From: Raillietiella orientalis
Lineage: Eukaryota
Length of the DNA: 64,000 nucleotides
Assembly: GCA_036172245.1 (NCBI GenBank)
Contig: JAYWIR010000002.1
Span: 4,092,001 to 4,156,000, forward strand
Direction: 5' to 3'
The stretch's first letter is position 1. Each line of letters starts with the position of its first letter. Positions 48,700 through 62,389 of the stretch are shown piece by piece. The position numbers and the translations under genes were made by a program. The notes under the pieces are model-generated. The model was not told the origin of the DNA. It saw only the letters and a program-made list of their open reading frames with translations, and did not search any database.

Positions 48700-51510
48700 G
48701 GACAGAGAGCCCGGATGCCAGAGCATGAGACTTCACAAATGGGGTCGTTGCCTTTCTTCTTCTTCCACTATTCGTTGCATGCAGAACAGTCGGGAAATTC
48801 GAAGCACGAAGAGTCCTCCAGTCAAAGAGCATGCCTATCTGGCTCCACTCGCAAAGTCCCCGGAGACGCTGTATGCGTCTACCGTGCTCTTTGAGGGGAA
48901 CGTCTTGGATGCCCGGCGGCATCACCAACCGATTTGCAACAGCAGCGGTAGGGTAGGAGGACTCTGTGTCCTGGCACGCCCAACAGTTTAGGGGAAGCTG
49001 ACGAGACTCCCTGGTCCTTTGACCGGAGAGGTTCTCCCCGGGAACAATGAGGAGAAGAAAAAAGGGATGGAAAAAAATAAATCAATAAATGCTTACCTTA
49101 TTGGTGGGAGAGGGGGGGGAGCAGAGAGAGCTCGGAAAGGAACCACAGTCTGTTCTGTGGCGTCCCCTTGAGTCCTCTGAAGGATGCCGGGAAGTTCCTC
49201 TTGATGTCTGCCCATGTGGGGTCATCTCGTGGAGATGCTCAAGAAGCGAGCCGCGAGATGGATAGCAGCGTTCCTGTGGTCCCCTTGTCTTTCAGCAGGT
49301 CTTCAGGCCGTCGAGATCCCCCGAAGACTGCAGACAACTGCAGCAGTGCATCCCGCACGAAGATACGCCTGGTAACTTCCCTGGGGTTGTCCACTGGGAA
49401 GGCTGTCAGGAAACGCTCCCGGACAACCGTGGGGAAGCTCGGTTCACAAGCGGATATAGGAAGAACTCATCTCCCCTGAGAAATCCAGCGCCTGCAGCCG
49501 ACTGACCAACCATTCGCATTCCCTAGTCACTGGAGCCTCGAGGTGCAACGGAAGGACGAGAGAGGGATTGGGGGATGCGAACAGAGGAGTGGGATCCAAC
49601 CACACCCTCCACTCAGCTCTCTTCCTTCTTCACCGACAGCCTGGCCCACTGTGATCAAAGGGAGCGCGGACGAGTCATACTGATACTTTGCCACTCCGGA
49701 GCCGAAGCCGTCCTCTTCGGAGAAGGAGAGCGATCGGCCACCCTCAGCTGCGCTTTGGTCGTGGGACGGAGTCGCTGCCGAGTCGGAGCGATCTGCCGAT
49801 GACCGTTCGCCTTTCTTCGAGAGGAGCCGCAGGTCACTGTCCCCGAGAGATCGCCTCGTGGCGGCTCGTAAGGACGGCTCGCGAGGCTCCACATCCGCCA
49901 GTGTCGAGCGCAAAAGCTGCTCCTCGTTTTCCAGAGGGAGAGTGAGAGTCCCTAGACCCCCAGGGATTTTTCCGGTCCGAGTCAAGGGACCTAACTTCCC
50001 GTGCCACTACTGAACCATCAGTGGCAAGCAAGGAAAAGGACATCGCTCGTCGCCTTATGCTCGCACCCGATGCGCCACCTGGCACTCTCCATTGCGTGGA
50101 TGGGAAAGTGTGAGCGCACCCAGACCTCCACCCACGACCAGACCTCCTGCCTCGTCTTCGTTCTGCGCTCCTGCGCGCCTCATCCAACGGAGATGCAGAA
50201 GACCGCTGCTGGACAACTGCTACAGGATGCAAGGATTCGGCTTCCTCCTGAGGCAACTCGCTTCCCTGGTGGAAGCCAGGGAGGGACTTACCACACCGTG
50301 GATCTCCTGCTGTCCAACGAACTTCAATGCTTGACGGCAGGAGGCTGTTGTATCCTGGACTGCATTGTATAGATTGCTCCCCGGAGAATCTTTGCCCCCT
50401 GAGACACTTCCCACCACAACCTTTGGAAGTGGTGATGCAGGATACGACAAAGCGGTCGATCCTGGCCACACCCCTCTCCGCAGCGCTGTCTGCCCTAAGG
50501 TCAAGCGATGGCAGCTGTCAACCGGCGAGGTGGGAGTTTTCCTGCACCCTTTCTGAGAGGACGAAACTCCTCGGCGGCTAAAAGACGCGCGAGTGGGTGG
50601 ATGCTAACACTCTGCGTACCTTGGCAACGGGACTCTTTCGAGGGAGTCAACTTCTGAGAGTTCGCCCCCGCGGAACTTGTGGTTCCTACTCAAGACCCGG
50701 ACGCTTCTGCATCCCCGCTCTACTGAAAGCAGGCTGAGCTGCTCTTTCCACACTAGGAATTCCAGTACAACGAGCGCCGGACCCTCGTTCCTGCAGGGGC
50801 TGCGTCCCAGAACTGCCCCAGGTGCGGTTCGGTGGAGTCGATCCCGTCGCACCTGCTTTTGGACTGTGGTGCGCTCCAAAAACTGTGACCGAGGCTAGCA
50901 GCACTCCTGCACCAGGATACCTCTCGAGATGTGCTGCGACGGTTCTTCGCACCGGGAGGACTCTCGACTAACGCGGTGATTGCCACCATGGGTAGTATCC
51001 GCGCCATCGTCACGGCCCATGTGCTGGAGGCGGCGACGCAGCGAAGGGAGGTCGCCTACATGAGGGCGGCTGCAAGATGGCATCACCTGCAAGAGAAAGT
51101 CGAAGAGGAGATCACCGGCATCGAGAGCCGGTTTCGAAGTGAAGGAACGGCGGAGGACACCGACACCAATGACCCTTTTCTCTAACCTCCCAGTATTTTT
51201 TTTTCACTCCCCACTACCTTTCTCCCTATACCTTCCTCGATTTGCAAATTTCTATCCTGGTGCATACGGAACGAACCCAAAGACTATTGTCCCATCTCCC
51301 TGGATTATCTCATTTTAAGGGTCGCCTTCCTTTTCCTCCTTTCCGTTCCGAACTTTCGGATATCCCGACCCGCGTGTCGGTGGACGCTCCCTCTGAACTT
51401 CTTTTGTCTCCAGTTGGGAACCAGCCTGTTTCCAGATGATTCCCTTTCGTGAAATAAACGCCCCGGCGTGACCGGGTGGAAAACCACCTTCCCCTCTCCG
51501 AAAGGCCATG
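48700..51510 (+). mobile_element. Decayed L1/Tx1-like LINE ORF2 with 3' UTR
   Basis: Motifs in order: KSP/KVPGD (~48850), SADD from YADD (~49792), LSIAWMGK, GSQGG..VDL and the CCHC finger NCPRCGSVESIPSHLLLDC (50811-50867). Stop at 51185 and AATAAA at 51453. Confidence 0.7.
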
Positions 51511-51949
51511 GTTGCTAACGACTGACAAAAAGTCACTGCCCGGAGACCAGCTGCGGGAGAAGAAAGGCATGAAGGGAAGGCTCGGGCTGCTGGCTGAGGC
51601 TTCTGCTCCTTCCAGCCTTCAGGAAGGTTCTCCTCACGGTGAACCCAGAATAGGTTGTGTGGGGAAATTTGCTAACTTAATGGGGAAGGCAGTGGGAGGG
51701 GGGGAGGGAGAGGGAGAAGAGAAACGAACGAGACTGCAAGGAGGAGGAGAGAAAAGAGAGAATCAAAGAGAGCTGGGTCATCCTCCAGTGCGAAACTGAG
51801 ACCGATCCTGCATTCATGGTCGAGGTAACCAACTGCCCATGAGCGCCTGCTCGATGGCTGGTTGAATGCTAGTTTCCGTCAGTGGGTGGTGTTATTGTTT
51901 CTAGAGGAAGATCAGGAGTCTTGAGGCTATTTGGTCAGGATGGAGCTGC

Positions 51950-53160
51950 TGGTAAGCTCTGATCTAGTTCAAGAAGTCCTTTACTATAATATTTTGTTTA
52001 CAACAAAGAGGAAGATTTCTTGTTTAATAACGGCAGAGAAACAGATGCAGATGGCCGCTGCCTCTCTGGCCGACTGCAGATCTCTGTAGCGATCTCCCCA
52101 TGAGACATCGGAAGCTAAACGATTTGGGTTTATATTCTCCCTATGGACAATGTGGCAGACTCGGGATGGTTTTTCCCGGTGTGCTGCGAATGCCTTTGGC
52201 TTTTCAAACGGTGCCCGATGAAGGAAGTCCTCGAGCAAAGTTCGAGCCCCCAAATGGAAGAACTTTGCGAACGATCTAAGGAAGAAAGGTTTACAGGAGA
52301 CCTCAGTACGCGGAGAAGCCCAGAGCTACCTCCTCGCTCCGCTCAAAGAAGCTCAAGAAAGATTTCTCAGGAGCTGTTTTTTGGAAATTTGAAAAGAGTT
52401 GTTTCCAGTTCGACGTCGAGGATAAGGGATAAGACTGACGGGACTACCGTCTCACCCATCTCTCCTGTCCGCAGATACCCTTGAGAGCCTTCTGAGTGGT
52501 GATTCTGTATCTGGCACCTGCACGATTTGCAGACAGTCGAAACAACCTCAGAGTCGTGTAGGCTGCCAGCATCCCCACTCATCATCACATGGTCCAAACC
52601 AGAGGAATTGGGAGTCTGGTGAATTTCCATCTGCTTGCTCTTGTAAAGGAGACCCTCTGAAGACAAATATTTAGGACCTCCCTGAGAAGGAGAATCTCAG
52701 ACACGCCCCACAGGACCACGGGACAAAGAGGTCCTTGTCTCTGTTCGGTGCAAAGATGCGCAAAATGCTCTCGTGGTACAAGGTTGTGGAAATATAGAAG
52801 GCTTACGTAGAAAGGTTGTGCTCGTGAGACCAATCATGAGACCCTCTTTTCATTGAACCCTCAGCCCCTTAGTTTCGTCTGCAAAAAAAATAAATAGATC
52901 GAAATGGATGCTGAGAACTCGGGCAGAGATCCTCGTGGATGGGCGATTCTGTCTAAATGGCAACGCATTCTTGGGTTGTGTTAAAACTAGGAACGGCGAG
53001 CTTATTTTCTGCATAGAAAGCTTTTTCCTTCGTAAGCATTCCGGAACTGCAATAAAAGTCGTCCATCTGTAATAAAGGCTCAGTGGATTCTTCTTGCAAG
53101 GCTTGTCCCGAAGTCGAAATTGTAGCTTCGCGAAGCACAATTTTCTCAGTCATTCTCACT
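51950..53160 (-). mobile_element. Decayed DIRS-like RT/RNase H (may extend to ~54200)
   Basis: KLQFRLRDKP, LLYFHNLVPREH...QGPLCPVVLWGVS (cf. DAYFH...QG..YQF..LPFGLS), GLDHVMM (cf. YLDDWLI), LSLILD and RLASDVSWG (cf. TDASxxGWG), in order. Confidence 0.55.
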
Positions 53161-54769
53161 AAGAAAGAGTCGCTCTGGTCAGAACGAGTGTGCCACTCTT
53201 CGACAACGTCCCTCTTTAACAGTTCTGGAGTCTTGTTGAGGTTTGCCTGAATTCCTCAGTGGTCTCTGACCTCTGCTTGATCAGTCCTCCTACAATACAT
53301 ACCTCGAAGTTCGTTATGCAACTCCAGTCAGCTTCCTGCCAACTATGGCGCACCTAATAAGCTAGAAAGCCTGCTATCTCTTGGCAGCACTTTCCTGGAG
53401 CGGTTGCTTGAAACACTGGTCATTTCACTAAAGTCCCTCCCAAGAGACCTTTTCCCCTCAGAAACTCCTTCGAGATCCGGAGACCTCGTATGGCAAGCGA
53501 AGCGAAGTCACGTCAGTGGAAGCAACCTCGTTTCTCGGAAACTTGGTGAGGATTGCGCAGCAACAGAAAACTCGCAATCCTAATGGTCTCGCTGAGTCGC
53601 CATGCCAGCGTGGAATGCAAATCTGTCGAATCTGTCGAAGTTTTCTCTCGGGACGGTGTAGACAGGCGTTTTTTTCTCCCTGGACTTTGTTTTCTTTAGC
53701 ATACCATGAGGAGTCGGGCTACTTGGAGGAGCTCGTGAGATCGAGCAGCTACCTGCAACGTCCTTTCCACGACCTGCCGAGGTCTTTGGGGAATCTTTCA
53801 GGACATGACAAATTGTATCCGGAAGTATCCATTTGAAGGTAAAGGAAGATTCTTTTGATCTGTGCGCCTCATCCACAGATGTGTTCTGAGCCTCTTGGAA
53901 ATTTCCCCAGGCATGTTCCAGATTTCCAGGAGATCTTGAGGACGCATCAGTTTAGTGAATGGTGTAACATCAGGCGTCACATAGGACAGCGTTCTTCAAC
54001 GAAAGAATGCATGGACGTTCTCGAGGTATCTCATCCCTGACAGCAGTCCTCCAGGAGAACTGGTTTCCAGTAGCTTCCTCGTTCGTAACTCTGCGATAGC
54101 TTTTGTAACCTCTTTCATCCCACCTGTCTCTTCGATCAGACCTTCCCATGCACGGAATTGTCCTCAAAAATGGTAGAATTATACGTTGTCATGTAGACTT
54201 CTCTTCATAGGAAACCGAAAGCTGGTCGTGTTTCAGTGCGGAGTTCTTCCGTTAGATGTCTCGAAGTCCTGCACCTGTTTTCGTGGAGCGCAACCATTGA
54301 AACCACGGGACGACAAAAGCGAGTGGAGAGTAGAGAAGGATCGTGTGTGCTCTCTGTGTATGCAGAAGGACCTTACGACCCACTATCCCTTCTTCCCTGG
54401 GTCGCCACTTAAACGGAAGTCTAGTTCGCGCCACACGCGTCATTATGAGAACGGCAGCCTTCGGCGCCGGGTGTACCGAGCGAATAGGAACCATCTCAGG
54501 CGCTCCTCCCTGTAATTAGTGCGATTCTCTCCCTATTCACTGCATAGGGGCAACCATTCCCCTCCTGTGAAGCCGGAGTCTCCGCAGAAGGGAAGACCAT
54601 TCTGCGCAGCCCGGGAAGGAGAGAGTCATGTAGTTTTACAAGAGGGTGGAGGAAAAGCGATTAACAGGCAGGAAACAATACATAAATACGGAAGGGGATG
54701 GAGAGGAATGATCGAGTCTGGGCCTTCGCTCTGTTTCGACGCACAGTGCAAATAATGCGTGTCTTTCCC

Positions 54770-57060
54770 TGCCGGCCGTTGCGGGTTAAGGTGTTTATCA
54801 CCCGGGTGCGCCGGGGCGTTTATTGCAAAACTATCCAGGAACACAGTTCCCGGCAAAGGACACAGAAGAGACGAAGAAGGTGGAATCCCCGACACGCAGG
54901 TCAGTATACCGAAAGTCCGGAACGGGAGGGAGGGGACCATAAATACACTTATACAAAAATAAAAATAAAGATATGGAGGCTGGGGACAGGGGTCTTTGGT
55001 AAGGCCGTTCCTTCTTTTCAGAACCGGCGATGGATGCCGGCGATCTCTCTCCTAACGCCCTCTGGAAGATGGGCCCACTCGGCAGCCGACGACATGATCG
55101 CGCTGGCTAATCCGGTGGGCTGACGAAGGATGGCCAGCTTCTCCAACTCTCGGTGGGCCTTATCGATGGCGCGGGTGCAACAGACCGTTGCAACGACAGC
55201 ACCTAAAGACAGGCCGCCTTGCGTGAAGAAGCGGCGCATCAAGTCTCTCACGGTGTCCCCCTGGTGCAGGAGAGCTGAGGCCAGCCTCCGCCACAGTCTT
55301 AGGAGGACACCGCAGTCCAGGGGCAGGTGCGGGAGCGTTTCCACTTCCCCGCACCGTTTACAGTTCGGGGAGACAACTCCCCGGAAATACGGTTCGTCCT
55401 ATGGTTGGAGTGAAAACCCCAATGCACCAGCATGATGACGTCCTGTTTCCAGTTCAGGGGAACACAGAAGTGTTCAAACACGAGGGAGGGACCGCAAGTT
55501 CTTCGGGGGGCACACTCAAGTGTTCACTCCACCGAAGGAGTCCCTTCGGGATGTGGCGAGGCGTGGCGGCGTCTGCCAGCTCGCCACATCCCGTGCTCGG
55601 GTTAAGGTGTTAAGATCATCTCTCCGCTCTCTCCGCAGCATGGAAACGTCTGGGAGCACAGGGAAGCCTCTCTCCCTGCAGGCGTGGCTGCTGTGGTTCC
55701 ACGAGAGAGCCAGCACAGGAGCGAGACGGGTGCGCGAGCCACGTGCAGCTCACGCTCGAGGAGAAATTTCCGCAGAAAGATCTCACGGGCCATCGGGATG
55801 CAGAATCAGCAGGCCCTTGCCGGCTCCCAGGAATCGCGGGACGTACTGCAGCATCCGGCACTGCACCATTGCTCAGGGACGAGCTTCCGTATCCGGTGCG
55901 TGAAGGAAGAAGGGAAGGGAAGAGAAGAAGAAAAGGAAGAGGGAGAGTGAACCCTTCCTCTCGGTCCGCTCTTCCCCGCTTTCCTGTTACTCGCTTCCCT
56001 AATCCCGACGAGGAGAGGGGGACGGATTCCCGACGGGAGTTCCGGGAAATCAGCAGATCGCCGTCTCGCTGAAGCGGTGGTATCTCCCTCGAAGCGAGGA
56101 GAGTCCCTATGCCTCATCGGGGTGGGCCCGCAAGGAATTCACCCACTAATGCTGGCTAATGGAGGTCCTTTCGCACGTGCTACTGGGATGCGTACAGGCT
56201 GCAGATGGAATGGAGGCGCATCGCAAGGGTTCTTCAATTCCCTTATCCCACCCCTGTTCGCATCCGGTGAGGAACTCGCCTGGAAACCTGGAGGAGGAAG
56301 ACCTGGAACCCGCGTCAGGAGGAAGCCAGCTATTCTACGACCCCGGGGTGCACCCAACGCTCGGGGTGTAGGAAGTTGGAGAGAACACTGTGGTCGCTCC
56401 AGATAGAGGATGTGAGAGAGTCGACACCGAAGACGACAGTAAGGAAATGCTCTCGCCCCGGTTGCTTGGATACTAGACGAGATTAATTAAAGAGAGCTAA
56501 ACAGCTCTGCAGAGACCTGAAAACGAAATCCAGCTGCTCATGAGCCCAGCGCCGAAGAGGGGAGCATTACAGCACCGTTACCAGCAGCATGCTGCATCTG
56601 GCGACAAAAATCCGCTAGAGTCTCTCTTAGAATCAAAACGGCCACACCGTTTTCTTGGCTCGGCACAGCTCTCGTCCACGAAAACACCTCTACTCCTTTC
56701 ACACAGAGGTTTCCTACTAGAACACGCCTGGTGTGGAGGCCCATAACCACGACTTGCTTCTCCTGATGACTACCTGCGAGTCCCACCAGCCGAAATCGGG
56801 GCATTCGTCAAGTTGATTTGCAGGGTCGCTGAAGTCCAGATTGTGTCATTTGGTACATATCTGGACGCAGACTGGTCCTCCTCGGAATTTCCCTGGGCTT
56901 GTCCCTTGCTGTCCTGGGTACACTCCTGGGTTCGTTTTCTTCGAGGAAGATCACATCCGCCAGCTTGGAGAAGGCGCAACGTGTCCTTCATCATTCGATT
57001 ACGTCGGGCTGCAACAGGGATGAAAGAGCATCACAGGGGCACTTCAGTTCCCTCCTGTGC
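54770..57060 (-). mobile_element. Decayed, internally deleted L1/Tx1-like LINE, same family as 48700-51510
   Basis: Endonuclease motifs ATLQIN, ENGVAVLI and WSDHSV. The CCHC region NCKRCGEVETLPHLPLDC...LLHQGDTVRDLMRRFFTQGGLS matches LLHQDTSRDVLRRFFAPGGLS of the + copy, and the 3' UTRs are homologous. Confidence 0.75.
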
Positions 57061-57149
57061 TACCCCATTTGTATCCGGTGGTACCGGGACGTTTTCTGGA
57101 ATGCAATGTTTGCAATTAAACAGTCGTACTAAAAAAAAAAAAAAAGACT

Positions 57150-59930
57150 GGGGGGGGAGAGCATTCGTGCGTGGTTGTATTCCAACGTCTCTACATTCGT
57201 TCCTATCCAGAAGGCGTCCCCTCTAACAAGTAGTTTGCCCAGCAGGACCGTTTAAGGAAAAATGGGAGCAGAACGGGATAAAATTTTTTAAAAATGCGTG
57301 TCTTTTTTAATTGTGGGAAAGACAAGTTCCTCCTTAGGTGACCGTCATCTCGTCTTAATTACTCGTAAAGAAATAACGATGGCCCCTTGTTGGTCTGTCC
57401 CTTTCGGTGTAGTTTCGAGTCACTGCTAATCCCGCAGAAGTTGCAGAGGGTTACAATGGCCTTGGTAGGTGGCAGCTCTCTTCTCAAGAAGAGGCATTCC
57501 GCTGTGCCTTTTGGGTTGTCCACCGAAAGTTGGAGAGTAGTAGCAAAGAGTTCCCAAACATCTCAGAGGGCAATGCAATCCACTAGCAGGTGCGAAAAGG
57601 ATTGGGCTTCTCCGCAGCGAACACAGTTCAGCGTCCCTTCCCGTATAGTCCCATAGTGACAGTGCGGTGATGTCGGCTGGAGATTGTACTGGAGTGCCCA
57701 ATACAGCATCAGTATCGCCGAGTCTGATGCATAAGGAGCAGCATGGAGCTGTCCATAAACGCTGCAGGGATCCTTACATTCTCCAAGAGAATTCCTAGAA
57801 GATCTCCCATCGAAAAAGGGCAGAGGGAATTGGGAGGTTTTGCTGAGCCGGCAAGTTGACGCGCCGCCACCCAACAAGGTTTTGTCTGCCTGCGACTTAG
57901 CAGACTTTGCTACTTCCCACTTTGCCTTTTTGCTGGTGGAATCATTCTTCCGTAGAAACGACAGAGGCAAGGGAGAGTCCTCCTAACCTCCTTCCTAGGA
58001 AGGCAACTTTTTTTCCTGTTCTTGCTTTTTATTTTTTTCCTGATCTTCCACTTTGCCCTGAGAGGACCTTGCTTCGCAAACTTCTTCACAGCAGATACAC
58101 CTCCCAGACTGAAAAGGATACAGTGAGACTTGTGAAATCCCACTGTCTTTCAGTATGACTGTTTGTTTGTTTGCAAATTCCGTTTTACAGTAAATGTCCT
58201 GTGACCAATCCAAGAAAAGACTCTGCTGTTCTAGATCTCCTCTCGGAAGCTGAGAAGCAGCGGCTGAAGAAGTAACCCGCGGCAGAACTCCTAGACTAAG
58301 CACCTCACCTTGGACCAGTCCTAAAGGTCAGTGAAGAAGCCACGAGGGAAACTGAACGATTACTCTGCAATTCCCGATTGGCTGAACCAACCCGCCGCAA
58401 TCATGAACCATGGCTCACGCCTACTCATATTCGCCGGTGGATCTTTGCTTCCCCTAGAGGGGCAGTCCGAAATAAACGATGGGATAGTCCGACAAAACAT
58501 CGATTTCTCTTCCTCTCGCTTTCATCCTAAAGAGCAGGTTGTCATCGAAAAAAGAGTGATCGATCAACCGAGTCTTCTATCCCGATCTCTCCAGCCAAGA
58601 AGTTTTGCGTGTGTACCGACGCGCAAAGCTCGCTGGCTTCTGTCATCTGAACCTGTGCACAGCCTTTGAGGTAGCAGGCAGATGTCAAAATCCTCCGCTA
58701 TCACATGAGCCATACTGAGATTGGCACCACGAGCCACTGGCTCTTCAATACGCTGATGAAATGTGATCTCTTGGCGTGCCTGGCATTGCCGCTAGGCGCG
58801 TAAACCTGGTTACTAAGCCGATTGCTTCGGCCCATTTGATAACAAGGTGGCCCACGTGACCAACCTTGTCGTTGCAATGCTCCGTTTTATTAGGAACACA
58901 ACTCTGCCCGAGAGCGAAGAACCGCACTGTCAGTGTAGCGCTGTATTCACCTCCCTTTCGATTTCCGCAGCTTTCACCCAGGAGATTTCGCGGATCTCCT
59001 GGGGGAAGGAGAGGTCATGAGCGAGGGAAGGGGAACAAGATCGACAAGATACTCGCTGCCGCTCGCCTCTTCTCGTCATCGCGTTGGTATTTCACGAGGC
59101 TCCAGTCAGGTGGCGAGAAGAGAGGATCCCCCGCATCACTACTACTGGGAACTAGGTGGAGGCCTTTGTTTGTCTCCGGGTAACGCTTACAGATTAAATA
59201 ATTCCTAAGGACAGTATGGAGTCCGCGAATTTCGTCGTCATCCACCTCATAGGTGTACTTAATTTGCGGAGTCCTGTGTCTCTCTTCCGCTACTTTCGCA
59301 TACGCAGATTCATGAGGTGAGCATTTTTCTCTGGCTTTCTGATTCCAATTTTCACCAGAGAACCGTACTGTGGGCATCCCTCTCCTTCAGGAGGTCTCGG
59401 GACTCAATCTCGGAGTCCGAAGTTGCGGGCAGGATTCGGACGGTTCCTGTCGCGGGATGTCTTGCCGACCGCATTGCTTACCACCTTGTTGCCCTTTGCA
59501 GATTCAGAGCTTTTCTCGGGAGCACCGACGACAGCACTGTATTTTTGCTCTTTGTCTCTAGAGGTTCCATGCTCGATTTTCTCACCTTTCAAGGCTCGCT
59601 TCTCGGCCTTTTGGCTAAGATCAAAGTGTAGATCTTCTCACCCTAGTGGGTATCGTGTGCCTCGCTTGAGACATCCATTTCAAGCTCGCTGAAATACAGT
59701 TCGCGACCGCAAAAGCCGGTGTTCGCTGCTTTGAGCTCCTGTGGTTCCTTTCGTTTTTACATCCGCTCACTCTGGAGCTTTCGTTGTGAAACAATTTCCT
59801 TATTTACAATAAAGCCGCCAAACAAAGTCCGTTTTCCTGAGTGGCATTAACATCCCTATACTTCGATATGCACTTGGAGGATGTGCTGCCCACGAGCAGC
59901 TTACCTCAAAGTTCCGCACAGGAAAAGATG
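57150..59930 (+). mobile_element. Decayed DIRS-like retrotransposon (RT, RNase H, methyltransferase-like domain, tyrosine recombinase)
   Basis: AVPFGLST (RT), RLCCSRSP...EAAA and AIPDWLNQP (MT-like), LLSRSLQPRS, ALCRFRAFLGSTDDS..LLFVS and VALTSLYFDMHLEDVL (YR), in DIRS order. Confidence 0.6.
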
Positions 59931-60059
59931 AAGTTGACACAAAAAACTAAATACATAGCAAGAAAAACAGTTTTGAAAAGTTTGGGGGCAAGAAGATACC
60001 TCCCTGGCGCTCTCTACATCCTTTCCAGGATGCCGGCAAGTTTCTCCTTGTAGCGGTTC

Positions 60060-61220
60060 AGGTGCGGTCACTTCAGTGCGATCCTGAAGAAAGACAAGAC
60101 GATGGAGACGGAATCCCTTTGGCTCCCTTGACCTCTGTCAGAGGGTCTTCTTAGCTGCCGCGACTCCACGGACGAAGCACAAGGCTGCGATCGATGCCGC
60201 AGGCGACGTCCTACCGCGAACGAAGAGGCCATTCTCGGCACGCTTCCCGCGTTGTCTCTCGGTGAGTCCAGGAACTCAGCGGAACGTTCGCAAGCACTCT
60301 GGAGGGTGGCACGCTCGAAAAGCAGGTGCGAAGAGGTTCCCCTTGCATCGCACCTGGCACAGTCTGGAGCCACCCTGGTCCAGTGCTGGAGATGCGCGTT
60401 TCATGGGACAGCCTGGTGCAACAGTCGCAGCTCCGAGTCTTGCCGTTTCAGGGGAAGCGCGGAGCTGTCCAGAAACACTGCGGGGACCCTCACTTCATCC
60501 AAAGGGATTCGCAGGAGATCTGTTCAGCGGAGAAGTCCTTTGGGACGGGTAGCGGGGGTGGACACGTAAGCCAGCTGACGCGCCGTCCAGCACCCCAATC
60601 TCTCTTCTCGCAATTTCGCAGTTGATCTCCCATCCTGCGGGCTGGTCGCCGTCGTGATCTTCCCGCAAGGGCGATAGCGCTTCAGCAAGTAGGTTTGTCC
60701 GGGTCCGCGATGTTTTCCTGGGGCATCCCGTCATCTCCTTCAAGGAGCAGGGAGCGCAGCTGGACTACCGTAGACGCTGCGTTTTCTCCGAGGTCGTGCC
60801 GTTGTCTCGGTCCACGTCTGAGCTGTTTGCTGTTTCCGGGCACTGCTGTTCGCGGGCGAGCAGGAAGTGCAAGCGTGGTGTTGAGCCAAGGCAACCGCCT
60901 GCCCAAGCTGATACCCGCATCGGAGCAGTCTTCGGTGGCAGTACACGAGAAGCGAGGTCAATGCCTCGGAGACAGCTGCTCGCTTGGCCGTGGGAGTGTT
61001 GCTGGCGCGCACCAATCTGTGGTCCGGTAGTCTGCTGCCAGCGTAATCTTCTGAACCGCAACTGGCATTCCATTTGGTCCAGCGTCAGCAGGCGAGGATC
61101 GCCGTCCCGATGCGGAGCGCACAAGTCTTTCAAGCGGAACCGGGTCCTCTGCGTTCTCCGAAAAGTTTTCTGCGGACAGTCCATCCGCCCCAGTGTCTTC
61201 CTTAGTGATTTTTCCTAGCT
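60060..61220 (-). mobile_element. Decayed L1/Tx1-like LINE ORF2 3' fragment
   Basis: DLCAPHRDGDPRLLTL...LRFRRLR (cf. LCxPxxxGGLGL) and the CCHC remnant DCARCDARGTSSHLLFE. Confidence 0.6.
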
Positions 61221-62389
61221 TTCAGCTGCAGCCGCGTGAACTTCTTTGCTGTACGGCTGTTTCCGAGATTCCTAAGACTTTGTAATTAGCTTGAAGCGCA
61301 CCCTTTGCCGGACACACTGCAAACACTGAATTGACAGGGACGTTTTCATCAGACGACCCTTCCCTTGACAGTGGTCCCAATCTTTGGTTTCAATTACATA
61401 TCACAGATCCATGACTACGTCAAAAACTTGGAATTTATGAGGATTTGCCCCTTTTAATTTGCGCCAACTCGCGTAGCGGGAAACCCTCCTTGCACGGACT
61501 TGAGCCTCTTAACTGAGTTCGGTTTCTGCCATAGCTCGTGGATTCACTCGTGGTTTGCGATCGCCGCAATAACCTTGAGGACGTGAAGAGATTTCCAAAT
61601 GCTGATGAGATGAGCCAAAACAGTTATCCTCTGAATCTAAAAAGCTACCTTTTTTTCCCGACTGTTAATAAAGTTCTCAGAAGGAGTTGGTTAAGTGCTG
61701 GGTCCTTGCAGCACAGATCTGCCACCCCACTCTTATTGAAGATCACCAGAAATCAGAAAGTCCAGGAAGACCTAGATTGTCCCTAGATCCGACAAGGGGT
61801 GGAGTGAATTGATTCAAAAACAAACTTTAAACATCGAACGACTAACTGTCAGTCTTTTTTGTCTTTTTGATCTTTTCACCGTTTGCAACCGCACTGGTTT
61901 TTCACTTCACTTTCTCACTTTTCCGTCTTTCTAGTTTCGGGTTAGGGTGGAAGGGGGATTGTTCTTTTTGCCTGGGCGTATTCGTCCATCGGTGCAGGAA
62001 GTCCAGGAAGACCTTGACTTACTGCACTTCCATCCTTCTCATCTCTTCGTCGAGTTCCCTCTCCTTAGTAGCCACGCTATTTACCGAAGCGCGGAACCCT
62101 AGCTACTTGCTACATAAGCCTGCAACTGCATATCCCTGGGAACTTCATCATGAATGGCTTCTGAGGCAACCTAAGAAGCACTTTGCAGCCTCTTTAACGA
62201 TCAGCAGTGTTGAGCTCGACTCCTTTGCGGTCTCATCCATCTTTGGAACAACTTCTTTACTTGAGGACCCTCGTGGGTAGGCGCATTCGCCTCTGTTACC
62301 TATCTGCTTTGTTACTTATTTGTACTCGCTTTAGCCTTAGAGAAAGTAGCTTCCACTATGGGGGGAGGTAGTACACTCTCGGAGGTGAG

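Noticed and set aside
50800..55400. Inverted repeats around the DIRS RT at 51950-53160 read as DIRS terminal repeats
   Set aside because: The repeats encode LINE ORF2 CCHC fingers and 3' UTRs, so they are two independent convergent LINE copies.
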